A stretch of 60,146 nt of DNA from NCBI GenBank assembly GCA_001275005.1, contig JWZX01003405.1, positions 1 to 60,146 on the forward strand, read 5' to 3'. Position 1 is the stretch's first letter, and every line of letters begins with the position of its first letter. Source of the stretch: Chrysochromulina tobinii (lineage: Eukaryota). Below are positions 41,501-50,070 of this stretch, one piece after another. Under the pieces are notes generated by a model. That model was not told the origin of the DNA, did not search any database, and was given only the letters and a program-made list of their open reading frames with translations. The translations under genes and the position numbers were made by a program.

Positions 41501-44500
41501 CTCGGCGAGAGGGTCGCACTCAGCCGCGGCGCCGTCAGCGCTCTACAGGCGGCGAGAGCCTGGGGCGTCCTGCCGGCCTATGCTCTGAACGTGCAGCTCG
41601 CGGCATGTGAGCAAGCGGTGGCGGAGCTCGAGGCGCAGGTGGAGCTCGCAGAGGCAGAAGACAGCCTTGCATCGCAGCGCGCGAGCGCCGCTCGGCGCGT
41701 CGCCGCCGCGGAGGGAGCGGCGAGCGCGGCCGTCGCGGCCGTGGCCCTCGTGCGCGCAGCCACCGCGAGCGCCGCACAAGGAGACTCCGGCGCGTCGAGC
41801 ATGGTCAGCAAGGCTGCGAAGGACGCGGCGGCGGCGGCGACGGCGTTTTCGAAGTCAGTGGGTGCGGTCCTCCACTCGATAGACACCTGGAGTGAGGCGA
41901 TCCGCAAGCTTGGCTGGCGTGGCTTGGACATCACTTGCGACCTTGATGAGTGGCTCACCGCCGAAGGCTCGGTGCGCACCTGGCGCGCCATACACTGCAC
42001 GGCGTGGGAGTCGCTTGACCGGCGACTGGCGGCACGGCGCTGCCGGCTCCAGCGCGTGCTGCTCAGTCTGAAGCCCGCAGAGCGTCGCGCGGCAAAGGCG
42101 TGCCATCTTCTCAGCTTGGAGCTCGACGCGGCGAGGCAACTCGCAAATGAGTTGCGCACGATGCCTGTGCATGCGACGACCCACGTAGATGGCACCATCA
42201 AGCTCTTCCTGCGTCGGCCTCCAGAGCTGTCCAAACATGAGTCACCATCGTGGCGACGCTCGGTGACTGCCGTCTCCCCCCTCGTCGCGCCCGGCGTGGC
42301 CTCCTCGGCCGCCGATATGCTCTCCATGGTGCTCACCGAGGCGCGCGCTGCGCCAAACCACAGTCCGCGAGGCACGAGGCGCACTACCTGGGTTGGTAGC
42401 TCGGACAGGGAGGGTAATGCCCCCGCCGCTAGCTTGGACAGGGGGGGCATCCCCTCCCCCTTTGGGCGGCGCCTCTCGAGCGACGGCGCACCCCCTCTGA
42501 GCAGCTCGGTCTGGTCGGTCTCGTCAGTCTCGTCAGAGCCAGCACACCCGCTCGCATACGACGAGGTGCTGGCCGCCATGGACTCGGACGAGGGCAAAGC
42601 CGCACGCGAGAACGTGCTTGACGAGACGGCCGACCTCCTCTCGGAGGTGCTCAACACCATGGTGCCCGAGTCCCGACTGTACGTCAAGGAGGTGTCGCTC
42701 CTCACCGACGAGGAGGCGGCCGCGGTGGAGGCAGCGGCAGGGCCAGCGGCGGCAGCGGCAACGGCCGCGCAGGGCAGAATCAGCGGCGGCGGCAGCAGCT
42801 CAGCCGGCAGCAGCGGAGCCAGCGGCTTCGGCGAGCACCCGACCGCAAAGCTCGTGCTCGCGGTGCGGCGCGAAAAGGATGGGGAGCCTTCCACAGCCGA
42901 AGTGCTCCAAAACCTCTCCGAGGCAGCGTCCAACGGCAAGCTCGGCGAGATTCTGGCAAGGTCCTCGGGCCCTCTGCGCCAAGGGCGCTCCGGTGCACGG
43001 GCGGTCGTGCGCCACGTCATCAGCGCCGCTCAGAAGACGACCTTTGAGCGGCCGAGCCTCGAATGTCTCGAGTCGGAGGCGCGCGAGACGATAGCGAGTG
43101 CCGAGGCTGCGCTGGCCTCCCTGTGCGCTCAGAAGCGTACCCTCGAGCCAGGCCGCCTCGCCTACCTTCGCCGTCTAGGGGCTTCCGAGTTGCAGCGCAG
43201 CCTCGAGACCCTTGCGTGGGGCCAACGGCCATCGCCGGCCTCGCCCCAAGCCTCCGCTCGCCTTGACGCCACGGACGCCCTCGTCACCGTCCAGCAGCAC
43301 TTACGGAGCGTGCTCGTCGAGAACCATGCCAAATTGCTCGATCAGTTCAAGCAGTGGGACACCAACGGTGACGGCAAGGTGCGCAAGGCGGAGCTACGCA
43401 AGGCGGTCGCCCTGCTCGGGATCGATGTGCCTTCGCACGAGGTCGATCGTCTCTTCGAGTCATATGACCGCGACGGCGGCGGTGCCATCGAGTTCCAGGA
43501 GCTGCAGAGGGCGATCTGGAGGCCGCCGGAGGCCGCCGCCGGTGCCACGGCCGAGGACGCTGCAGCTCACGCTCCAGCGGCTGCTGCCGAGCAGCCATCG
43601 GGCCGTTCCCTTGGCCGTTTCCTCGGCGTGCAAGACGTGCCCGGCCTGAATGCTCGCACGGCGCTTGCTCTGAAGGCGAAGCGGCAGGAGCTGCGAACGG
43701 CGAGGGCTCGTGCGCGGGGGAAGCTGATGCTGATCGGCGCACTGAAGGAGACGTGCGCACTCTGGCCTGAGGTGGCCGTGCCTGGCAAGGCCACTGTAAA
43801 GGTGGACATCCGTTGGAATGTGGGTCTGCCGCCGCCGACGACGACGACGAGGCCGAGGACGCCTGCTGAGGAAGGCGACGTCTTCCTCAACTCCTCGCCG
43901 TCTTCGCGCCGCCCCTCGCACTCAGTTGCGGACACGAGCGGACACTTTTGCTACTATTGCGCATCGCTCGCCAAGCCCGTGCGCGCCGACCATCACATGC
44001 TCATCTGCCCCAAACGCATCCGCGCCAATGCGCCCGAGTTTGACGCGTCGGCTTTGCAGGAAGCCGTCGATAGTGTGTGCCAGCGCATCGAGAGACAGCT
44101 CGCCCAGCATGGCGCACCGCCCTCCCTCGGGTCTGCATCGGCACCAGCACGAGCGCCGGAACCAGTTGCAGCACTAGCTGCAGCACCTGCGCCATCACTA
44201 GCTGCAGCACCTGCGCCACCACTAGCTGCAGCACCTGTGTCAGCAGCCGCTTCGCTCGCACGTACTCGGGCCAAAGAGATGATGATCCGCCTCTCGGGTG
44301 CGCACAATGTCGTGCGCGGCCTGTGCGCGCCGCCGCCCTCGCTGCCACCGCCGCCACCCGAACCCAGCCGAAGTGGACGGCGCGATGCATGGCATGCGCT
44401 CGAGCGACCGCGCATCTTTGGCGCGCAGCGCCTCGCCAAACGTCTGGCGGCCGCATGTGCGCCGGCAGAGGCAGCGGCCGGCGGAGGCACGTGGAGTCAA

Positions 44501-45496
44501 CTACGAGCCTTGCAGTCGATGAGCTCGCAGCCGCGGCTGCGTCAGGGCCCTCTCACGCCCGCGTGGGTGGTCGCCGTTGGCCAATCCGTCGGTTTGAAGC
44601 TTGGAGCGCCGCACCAGGCGGACGCTCTCGCCTGCTGCGTGCTGCCGCTCGTCATCGAGCTGGCGCGCGCGCCGCTGCCGCCCGACTGGAGCCTGACGAC
44701 GTTGACGAATTCGGACGATTCCAGAGAATTGACGAATTCGGATGATTCCAGAGAATTGACGAATTCGGATGATTCCAGAGAACAGCCGACGTACGTGCAC
44801 GCGATCACCGGCGCCACGGCCACCGGCCACCCTTTGTCGGCGCTCCTCGCCCCCTTCTTTGATCGCCTTATGGCCCACCCGCGCCACCTTCGCCCTCGGT
44901 TCACCGACTCGTTTGTCGTCTTTGCCGACGCCGATGCGGGCGCGGGCGCGGGCTCTGCAGGCGGAGCGCCGTCGCCCACGGGCGGCCTGTACTGCTTCGA
45001 CTTTGCGACGGGTACACGGCACGACTGCCTGCTGCCCGAGACGGCGCGCGCCTCGCTCACCAAGTGCGTGCTCCCGCGCGTCGCTCTCGAGACGAGCGCG
45101 GCGCGCTTGGCGGCGGCGACCGCCATGAGCTTCTGGCCTGGGCTGAGCGGCGTGGAGCTGCTTCGGACGGCCGAAGCTGAGTTATGGCATGGGGCTCCTC
45201 AGGTAGCACGTGCGGCACAGCTGGCCAAGCATCCCTGCTCGCTCGAGAGCGTCCTCCAGACTGCTCTGTACCTCGGTATCGAGCCGACCACCCACCCGCA
45301 TCTGCTCTGGCTCGCTCACCTGGCCCTGAGCATGCCACCGCCGCCCGGCTGGCTCGTGTGCGAACGGCCCGACGTTTGCGACCGCTACTTCTGGCAGCCC
45401 GCGTGTGGGTGGACGCAGTGGGAGGCGCCGCAGCTCAGCTTTCTCGCGGGCGTCGTCATGCGGCTCCTCGATGATTCCGGAGTTGGCGGGGAGTGA
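38600..45496 (+). CDS. 2298-aa protein with IQ motifs, coiled coils, an EF-hand pair, a Cys/His zinc-finger-like motif and CEP164-like WW modules
   Basis: IQ: VQRAYRNRLARK, KVQAIARGFFLR. EF-hands: DTNGDGKVRKAE, DRDGGGAIEFQE. CYYC...HHMLICP. WW: APLPPDW...YVHAITG..GHP and YLGIEP...LLWLA...PPPPGW...TQWEAP. Confidence 0.8.
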   Translation: MIPRPPVGPPPERLIVGPALSILDGEFYKRRILNGVDSSVIPPRRRRKLLLKGPVRMQVHLAHLEPLATDSTTQLPPVQPPRPMTVSGSTPRLHRKLHRHRPRWWVRDVPYGDEAAGASLLSGSEFSQVAVDSFYGGSETMEDEYLDPLDGGPSNTTNTTNMTNTTLGSGRGSLNQRPARVIKLPASYTTVFDGPIYASRRLMTNAERLQYLLTGVQPPAAPQLQPLPPPPPVRVAMEAAVEAAALRQRLSERIEVRESLVAQLRMLLPLPEGPEARDAATQRWLRDDVALNGVRLRLASLLRALRSESVAICTGIAEWRAAMRRGSAELQLLPARELPFCWQGVSYLLKMTTDLAVLPLPLQLNPLLLGWFGEQVPWLFSSVHSLQALPFGRAATELASLFDPPPDSDPEYLSAVQAAQHMLLEECQRCSLTSSSSSLARAAAERAKHGRLSSRWQWAALQVILYGGECYSKLLRYQQSCVEALHLTAACELVQRAYRNRLARKMVRVQRALVQRHRKEIEQKQLFAVIKVQAIARGFFLRTASQLVIDEKFAAEQIAALTSGGGGGGDGGGIIGDDGPHPNGRISPTRKPTERQARIASELEANRERRDTRQRQMTERQARIASELVANRERRDTRRRQQAATGVIQRKARVTTARMEVKRQRREREELKARAHEHLERLPARVAMAVRGLLGRKRELRQVLWRAFTHASEASSNRPSLVMPETALQGRGSSGDAVNVNRPSLVTPDTALLGRGSSGDAVNVNAEDGEEEADEDDKDDPDGTIHAPLLSRLLPAACAADEKQRGLGIKIANRAAASLEAAIAGGAAGAARGAHSGAWSEVVVRATDEAAAAAASMASPADDSYWRARPERIALGGRLSQVDVLTMLRGARVARERAALAAARSEIEAAMWEAVHEDVPTAEAAAAAAEKAKEAVQAATAAAAEVEVKIHAEVALGNETAGISAAELGERVALSRGAVSALQAARAWGVLPAYALNVQLAACEQAVAELEAQVELAEAEDSLASQRASAARRVAAAEGAASAAVAAVALVRAATASAAQGDSGASSMVSKAAKDAAAAATAFSKSVGAVLHSIDTWSEAIRKLGWRGLDITCDLDEWLTAEGSVRTWRAIHCTAWESLDRRLAARRCRLQRVLLSLKPAERRAAKACHLLSLELDAARQLANELRTMPVHATTHVDGTIKLFLRRPPELSKHESPSWRRSVTAVSPLVAPGVASSAADMLSMVLTEARAAPNHSPRGTRRTTWVGSSDREGNAPAASLDRGGIPSPFGRRLSSDGAPPLSSSVWSVSSVSSEPAHPLAYDEVLAAMDSDEGKAARENVLDETADLLSEVLNTMVPESRLYVKEVSLLTDEEAAAVEAAAGPAAAAATAAQGRISGGGSSSAGSSGASGFGEHPTAKLVLAVRREKDGEPSTAEVLQNLSEAASNGKLGEILARSSGPLRQGRSGARAVVRHVISAAQKTTFERPSLECLESEARETIASAEAALASLCAQKRTLEPGRLAYLRRLGASELQRSLETLAWGQRPSPASPQASARLDATDALVTVQQHLRSVLVENHAKLLDQFKQWDTNGDGKVRKAELRKAVALLGIDVPSHEVDRLFESYDRDGGGAIEFQELQRAIWRPPEAAAGATAEDAAAHAPAAAAEQPSGRSLGRFLGVQDVPGLNARTALALKAKRQELRTARARARGKLMLIGALKETCALWPEVAVPGKATVKVDIRWNVGLPPPTTTTRPRTPAEEGDVFLNSSPSSRRPSHSVADTSGHFCYYCASLAKPVRADHHMLICPKRIRANAPEFDASALQEAVDSVCQRIERQLAQHGAPPSLGSASAPARAPEPVAALAAAPAPSLAAAPAPPLAAAPVSAAASLARTRAKEMMIRLSGAHNVVRGLCAPPPSLPPPPPEPSRSGRRDAWHALERPRIFGAQRLAKRLAAACAPAEAAAGGGTWSQLRALQSMSSQPRLRQGPLTPAWVVAVGQSVGLKLGAPHQADALACCVLPLVIELARAPLPPDWSLTTLTNSDDSRELTNSDDSRELTNSDDSREQPTYVHAITGATATGHPLSALLAPFFDRLMAHPRHLRPRFTDSFVVFADADAGAGAGSAGGAPSPTGGLYCFDFATGTRHDCLLPETARASLTKCVLPRVALETSAARLAAATAMSFWPGLSGVELLRTAEAELWHGAPQVARAAQLAKHPCSLESVLQTALYLGIEPTTHPHLLWLAHLALSMPPPPGWLVCERPDVCDRYFWQPACGWTQWEAPQLSFLAGVVMRLLDDSGVGGE
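40376..40894. repeat. Two in-frame tandem duplications (75 nt at 40376-40522, 72 nt at 40748-40894)
   Basis: TERQARIASELxANRERRDTR x2 and NRPSLVxPxTALxGRGSSGDAVNV x2. Confidence 0.9.
44702..44779. repeat. Coding 24-mer x3 (LTNSDDSRE) inserted in a WW-like module
   Basis: ttgacgaattcgga[c/t]gattccagagaa repeated; the unit is 27 nt (9 codons). Confidence 0.8.
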
Positions 45497-45774
45497 GATG
45501 ACCCGGCCACCGAGCGTCGAATGTGCGTTATCGGTACGGTCGTACGGAGGTGATGTAAAGTACGTGCGTTTCGGGCTTGGAGCCTCAGCCCTCACAAATG
45601 CTCATCGAGGCGTCGGCCACAATCGTGCCGATCGGCTTTGGTCGGACCCCGCGGGGATGGCCAGCGTCCTTTTGGGCGCTTAATTGAATCGATACTTCCC
45701 GCACAAGACGAGCGCTCTTGACAGGGCAGGTAAGCTCCCTGATCCGCGTGACGAAACACAAGTGTGCGATCTTG

Positions 45775-48700
45775 ATGAAAAAATGGATGGTGCGCATCCG
45801 AGGGGGCGGCAGCACCGCGAGCAAGCCTCGCGCACAAGCCGAGCCATTCATCCGGGACCTGGAGGGCCCTTCGGGATCGTCATCACCTCTCGCTGTCGAG
45901 CCAGGCTCTGAGGCAGTACCCGAAGACGTGAACGTTGCCGAACCAGGGTCCGAGACGATCGACGCCTGTCTGGTGAGAGCGGCACCAAATCCAGCACAAA
46001 ACCCACCAAATCCAGCCGCCGTGGTCGCGGCGAATGTTTCAACAGTGGCCGCTATGAAAGCAACCGCTGCAATCTCGGACGTATCGGGCTCTGGTTGCAC
46101 GATTCCACTCAACCGGCCTGCCATCCAGCCTGCCGTCCGACTTTCCACCTATGTTCGCTCGAGCGAGGCGCTCGCCTTTGCGCACATCGTTAGATCTGAG
46201 CGCGCGCTGAATATTGATCTCCGCCTATATCTCGACATGGTATTATCTGCCGTGCGTGGAGCAGCTCTCTCGGTATTTGGGCCGGGCGTCCTTGTAACCA
46301 TTGCTGGGTCGGTGAAGAAGAAGACGTATGTGAGGAAGAGTGACGTGGATCTGCTGGTGCACAGCGCAGCTCCTGCAACACTAGAGCAAGTGCAGGCGCT
46401 TGAAGCGCTGCTCAAGGCGCATCCATCTGCCAATCCAGCGCATGTGAAACTCGGTAAGCTGGCCATCCACGCAAATCTCTTCGGCGTCGACTGCGACATC
46501 GTGTGCGCTGACACAGTGGAATACGGAGCACGTCCGCCTGTGGATGAGCGCGTGGCGCTCGATCCTGTGATTTCTAGCACCGCGTGTGCCCTCAAGCTCT
46601 GGGCTGAGCAAGCGGCCAAGGACAGTCGCAAGATACCCGGCCACGCACTCGAGACACTGGCGCTGCACTGCCGGGGAAGCGAGCCCAACAGCGCGACAGT
46701 TGGCGATGGCGCGATGCAGCTGTGCGTGTCTGTGCTGCAGGCTGTCGCAGACGGCGGCGGCGATGGTGGCGTGCTGTGCGAGGCCACGCGGCTGGATAAG
46801 CTGACGCGATCCAGCTTGGCTGCACGCGCACAAGCGACACTTCACGTCTTTGCTGTGTCTCGCGCACTGCTGCCCGGCGGCTGCTTCCGCACAGCCGCAG
46901 AGGTGCGAGTGTGGCTGACTCGTGGATGTTGCCACCCGTGGGCAGCTCAGAATACAATTGCGGGGTTGGTACCTGGCTGGCTGTTCTGCACTTCTGCACA
47001 GCAGCGAGCGGTTGATCCCACTTTCTCCATCTTCGCGGAAGGTGAGAGGACGGAGGACGGCACAGAGGATGGCGTGGATGGCTCGCAGTTGGATCCAGGC
47101 GTCGAATCTGGATTTGCGATCGAGGACTTGGTTCTGGACTCAGAAAACTCGCTTCGGCTGATGCTCGCCACACCACTGGCCTCCTACATTCAAGCAGGAG
47201 TGGCAATTGATGTGCAACGAGCAAGTGTGATGCGAGCGAGCGTGCCGGCGTCGAGCGAGATTTCACAGTTGCAAGACTTGAAGGAAAAAGGTTCGATGGT
47301 GGCGGCGCGCATGCTTGAAAGCCGCTTTTTGTGGCTCATGGGCGAGCAGGCGTTGGTGCAAGGAGACTGTGTTCGTGCTACTGGGTGCTTCGCCTCCTCG
47401 ATGCGCAACTCAGTCTCCGACGGCGACCCATTCAGCGGCGGCGGCCAGTATGGACAGTCAGATACTAGTCCGTACATCACCTGCGCTGCTGAGGTGCTGT
47501 CGCGCGATCCCTGCCATGGAGATGCCATGTTGTTGCGTGCATGGGCACTTCGACGTCTTGGAAGGCTGCCGGACGCAGAGGAGGTTCTGAATACGCTCGT
47601 CGCGCATCATTCGCCGTCCGATGCTCGCGGTGCGCTTTGCATGCGCGCAAATTTGCGCGGCAACAATGGCGACTGGCGGGGTCTTTTGGAGGGCTCTGAA
47701 CGCTGCCTGCAGATTTGCCCAGAGGAGCCCATGTTCCACTATTGGATGGCGATTGCACGGGACAGACTTCTAGGTACTACGAGTGAGACCAATCGTGCAA
47801 CCGAAGCAGCCTTAGCCATCTCGTCATTCCGCCGCTTTTTAGCAGGGGCGTCCCCCGAGGGTCGAAAAGTGAGCCAGGCGCTCTTTGAAATCGCAATGCT
47901 ACAGGCCAAACTCGCATTTCTAAAGGCCAACGGTGGTCGGTACGGGCGGCAGGTGCTTGATGCAGACTTGGTGCTTGATGCAGACTTTTTTGATGCAGAC
48001 TTTTTTGCTACAGTGCGCGCAGCACAGGCTGCGGAGGCAAACAGGCTTCCAATGTTTGAAGGAGAAAGCTGTGATGCTCGGGATGAGGCACTTCTTATCA
48101 TGCGCATGCATGAGGCGCGCGCAGCCGATGGCTTTGTACCAAAGGAGCGGATGGAAGAGGTACTGACTGGGCTACCGGCAGATGGGATGGAAAGAGCCGA
48201 CGTACTACGGACGCGCGGTAACGAAGCGTTTACCACATGCGACTTCTCCATGGCGGATGAATTCTACTCGAAAGCTTTGAATCTGGAACCAGAGAATGCG
48301 GAGCTAATCTGCAATCGAGCCGCAGCTCGTCTTCGACTGCGTTGGTTCACCGCCGCCGCTGATGACGCGAGGGCGGCGTTGATCACCCGACCTGGGTGGG
48401 CAAAGGCTCAATACCGGGTTGCGCAGGCGCACATGGGAAGGCGAGACGGAGCTTCTGCGACGGCGGCGGCAAGTGCCGCCGCGACGTTGCTGCCTGACGA
48501 CGTTGCCATCAGGCGACTGCTTGAGGAGGCACTGACACTCAAATCGGCTCAGAGCGGCGCTAAGTCGCTGCCTGACGTGCGCTCTTATCCGCAGCTATGG
48601 GAGCGCGTAGCCTACAAAGACAACATGCATGTGGTGTGCGCGGATGGTGGCGCTGCATTTGCTTGCATTGCAGATGCGCTGCAGCAGCTAACGGCACTGC

Positions 48701-49845
48701 CACACAGCCCCGGCGTGACACTAATCCTGCTTCCGGGCGTTTACACGGAGCAGCTGCACATTGAAGCCTCTCGGGTTCAACTGCTGGGTTGGATAAGTAC
48801 GCAATCCGGGAGGCGAGGTGCCGAAATACGGATGTCAACCGACGCTCAAGCTGTCCACCGGTTCCGCTCAAGTGGAGGCCCAAAGGCATCGGGTTTGACG
48901 GGCTATGTGCTAATCACTGCGACGGGTACTGAGGCTGATTTTTGCGTGGAGGGTTTGCAACTGGTGCAACCAACTGGCGCACCGCACACAGACACTGGCA
49001 GTTGTGTTCTGTGTAGACAGGGCGCTGCCGTACGTGTGATCGACTGTCAAGCACGCACGCCCGACTCGCCCGTCTTTGCGGTCACCGATGCAGGAAGCTA
49101 TTTGTCGCTCAAGCGTGTGTTCGTGCGCCACGAATCCAGTGCTGCTGCACTCGCCGTCGACAATGCCTCACTGGAGTGTGATGAATGCACTTTCTCCAAG
49201 CTCCAAAAATGCGCTGTGGAGGTTCGAAGTGGCGCACGCGCAGTGCTGCGCAGCTGCCACTTGCTGAAATGTGCCCAGCAGGCGGTTGTCTTGTATGCTG
49301 GGGGCGTTAGACTCGAGCTGTACGACTGCGTGTTGCGTCGCTGCGGCAAGCATCCGAATAAATCCGCCGTGCTTGCTGAGTGTGGCTCGCTGATCATGCG
49401 ACGATGCACGCTGGAGAACCATGATGCGGAGGCGATCGTGCTGCAGGCTTCGGAGAAGTCTGGAGAGCTGAAGACCGCAGCAGTGGCATTGCTGGATTCG
49501 TGTAAGTTCAACCACAACCGCCACGGCGTGGCTATCTACTTCGGTAGTGGTCTCTTGCTCGACTGCACAGCGCTCGACAATGTGCAAAGCGGGGTTCTGA
49601 TCAGCGGAGTACCACCGCAAGCACGGCTTACGTTGCGCGGGTGCACATTGGCACGAAACGGGGCGGCTGCGAGTCCTACGGATCTGATCGTCAAAGGTCG
49701 CACACTGTTTGAGCGCTCTGTGCAGCTCGACTCCAAGAACGCTTTCTCCGTACCCCCGGTTATATTGTCAGATGCGGAAGCGGATTTTTCCGTACGCTGG
49801 AGCAGCGCAGAACTCCAGCGCGCTTGCGCTCGGCGTGTTTCATAA
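45775..49845 (+). CDS. OAS/CD-NTase-like Pol-beta-superfamily nucleotidyltransferase fused to TPR repeats and a right-handed beta-helix
   Basis: AGSVKKKTYVRKSDVDLLV plus a third Asp in VDCDIV; OAS-C-like ALKLW...IPGHALETLAL; STI1-type TPR RGNEAF...YSKAL...NRAAARL...WAKAQYR; beta-helix LILLPGVYTEQL followed by C-x-F/L repeats. Start codon uncertain. Confidence 0.75.
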   Translation: MKKWMVRIRGGGSTASKPRAQAEPFIRDLEGPSGSSSPLAVEPGSEAVPEDVNVAEPGSETIDACLVRAAPNPAQNPPNPAAVVAANVSTVAAMKATAAISDVSGSGCTIPLNRPAIQPAVRLSTYVRSSEALAFAHIVRSERALNIDLRLYLDMVLSAVRGAALSVFGPGVLVTIAGSVKKKTYVRKSDVDLLVHSAAPATLEQVQALEALLKAHPSANPAHVKLGKLAIHANLFGVDCDIVCADTVEYGARPPVDERVALDPVISSTACALKLWAEQAAKDSRKIPGHALETLALHCRGSEPNSATVGDGAMQLCVSVLQAVADGGGDGGVLCEATRLDKLTRSSLAARAQATLHVFAVSRALLPGGCFRTAAEVRVWLTRGCCHPWAAQNTIAGLVPGWLFCTSAQQRAVDPTFSIFAEGERTEDGTEDGVDGSQLDPGVESGFAIEDLVLDSENSLRLMLATPLASYIQAGVAIDVQRASVMRASVPASSEISQLQDLKEKGSMVAARMLESRFLWLMGEQALVQGDCVRATGCFASSMRNSVSDGDPFSGGGQYGQSDTSPYITCAAEVLSRDPCHGDAMLLRAWALRRLGRLPDAEEVLNTLVAHHSPSDARGALCMRANLRGNNGDWRGLLEGSERCLQICPEEPMFHYWMAIARDRLLGTTSETNRATEAALAISSFRRFLAGASPEGRKVSQALFEIAMLQAKLAFLKANGGRYGRQVLDADLVLDADFFDADFFATVRAAQAAEANRLPMFEGESCDARDEALLIMRMHEARAADGFVPKERMEEVLTGLPADGMERADVLRTRGNEAFTTCDFSMADEFYSKALNLEPENAELICNRAAARLRLRWFTAAADDARAALITRPGWAKAQYRVAQAHMGRRDGASATAAASAAATLLPDDVAIRRLLEEALTLKSAQSGAKSLPDVRSYPQLWERVAYKDNMHVVCADGGAAFACIADALQQLTALPHSPGVTLILLPGVYTEQLHIEASRVQLLGWISTQSGRRGAEIRMSTDAQAVHRFRSSGGPKASGLTGYVLITATGTEADFCVEGLQLVQPTGAPHTDTGSCVLCRQGAAVRVIDCQARTPDSPVFAVTDAGSYLSLKRVFVRHESSAAALAVDNASLECDECTFSKLQKCAVEVRSGARAVLRSCHLLKCAQQAVVLYAGGVRLELYDCVLRRCGKHPNKSAVLAECGSLIMRRCTLENHDAEAIVLQASEKSGELKTAAVALLDSCKFNHNRHGVAIYFGSGLLLDCTALDNVQSGVLISGVPPQARLTLRGCTLARNGAAASPTDLIVKGRTLFERSVQLDSKNAFSVPPVILSDAEADFSVRWSSAELQRACARRVS

Positions 49846-50070
49846 TACGGTACTACGACGATCGTTATGTAGTTACATCTTACAATAAAAAAGCGGTACA
49901 ATAAATCGTCCCTTGTTTGATGTAGTGACACACCGTGTAACTACATCTTACGTCCTATGTTGTAACTACGTCTTGAAAGGGAGACGAGGGTCTCGACCGC
50001 GCGACCAGGAAGCACACTAGCACAGGATCACGCCCCCAATATAGCTCCGTAACATATAGGGAGAAGCTCT

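Noticed and set aside
41578..43020. 480-aa minus-strand ORF, and many similar Ser/Ala/Arg-rich ORFs in the track
   Set aside because: Antisense in-register shadows of real genes, expected at this GC content.
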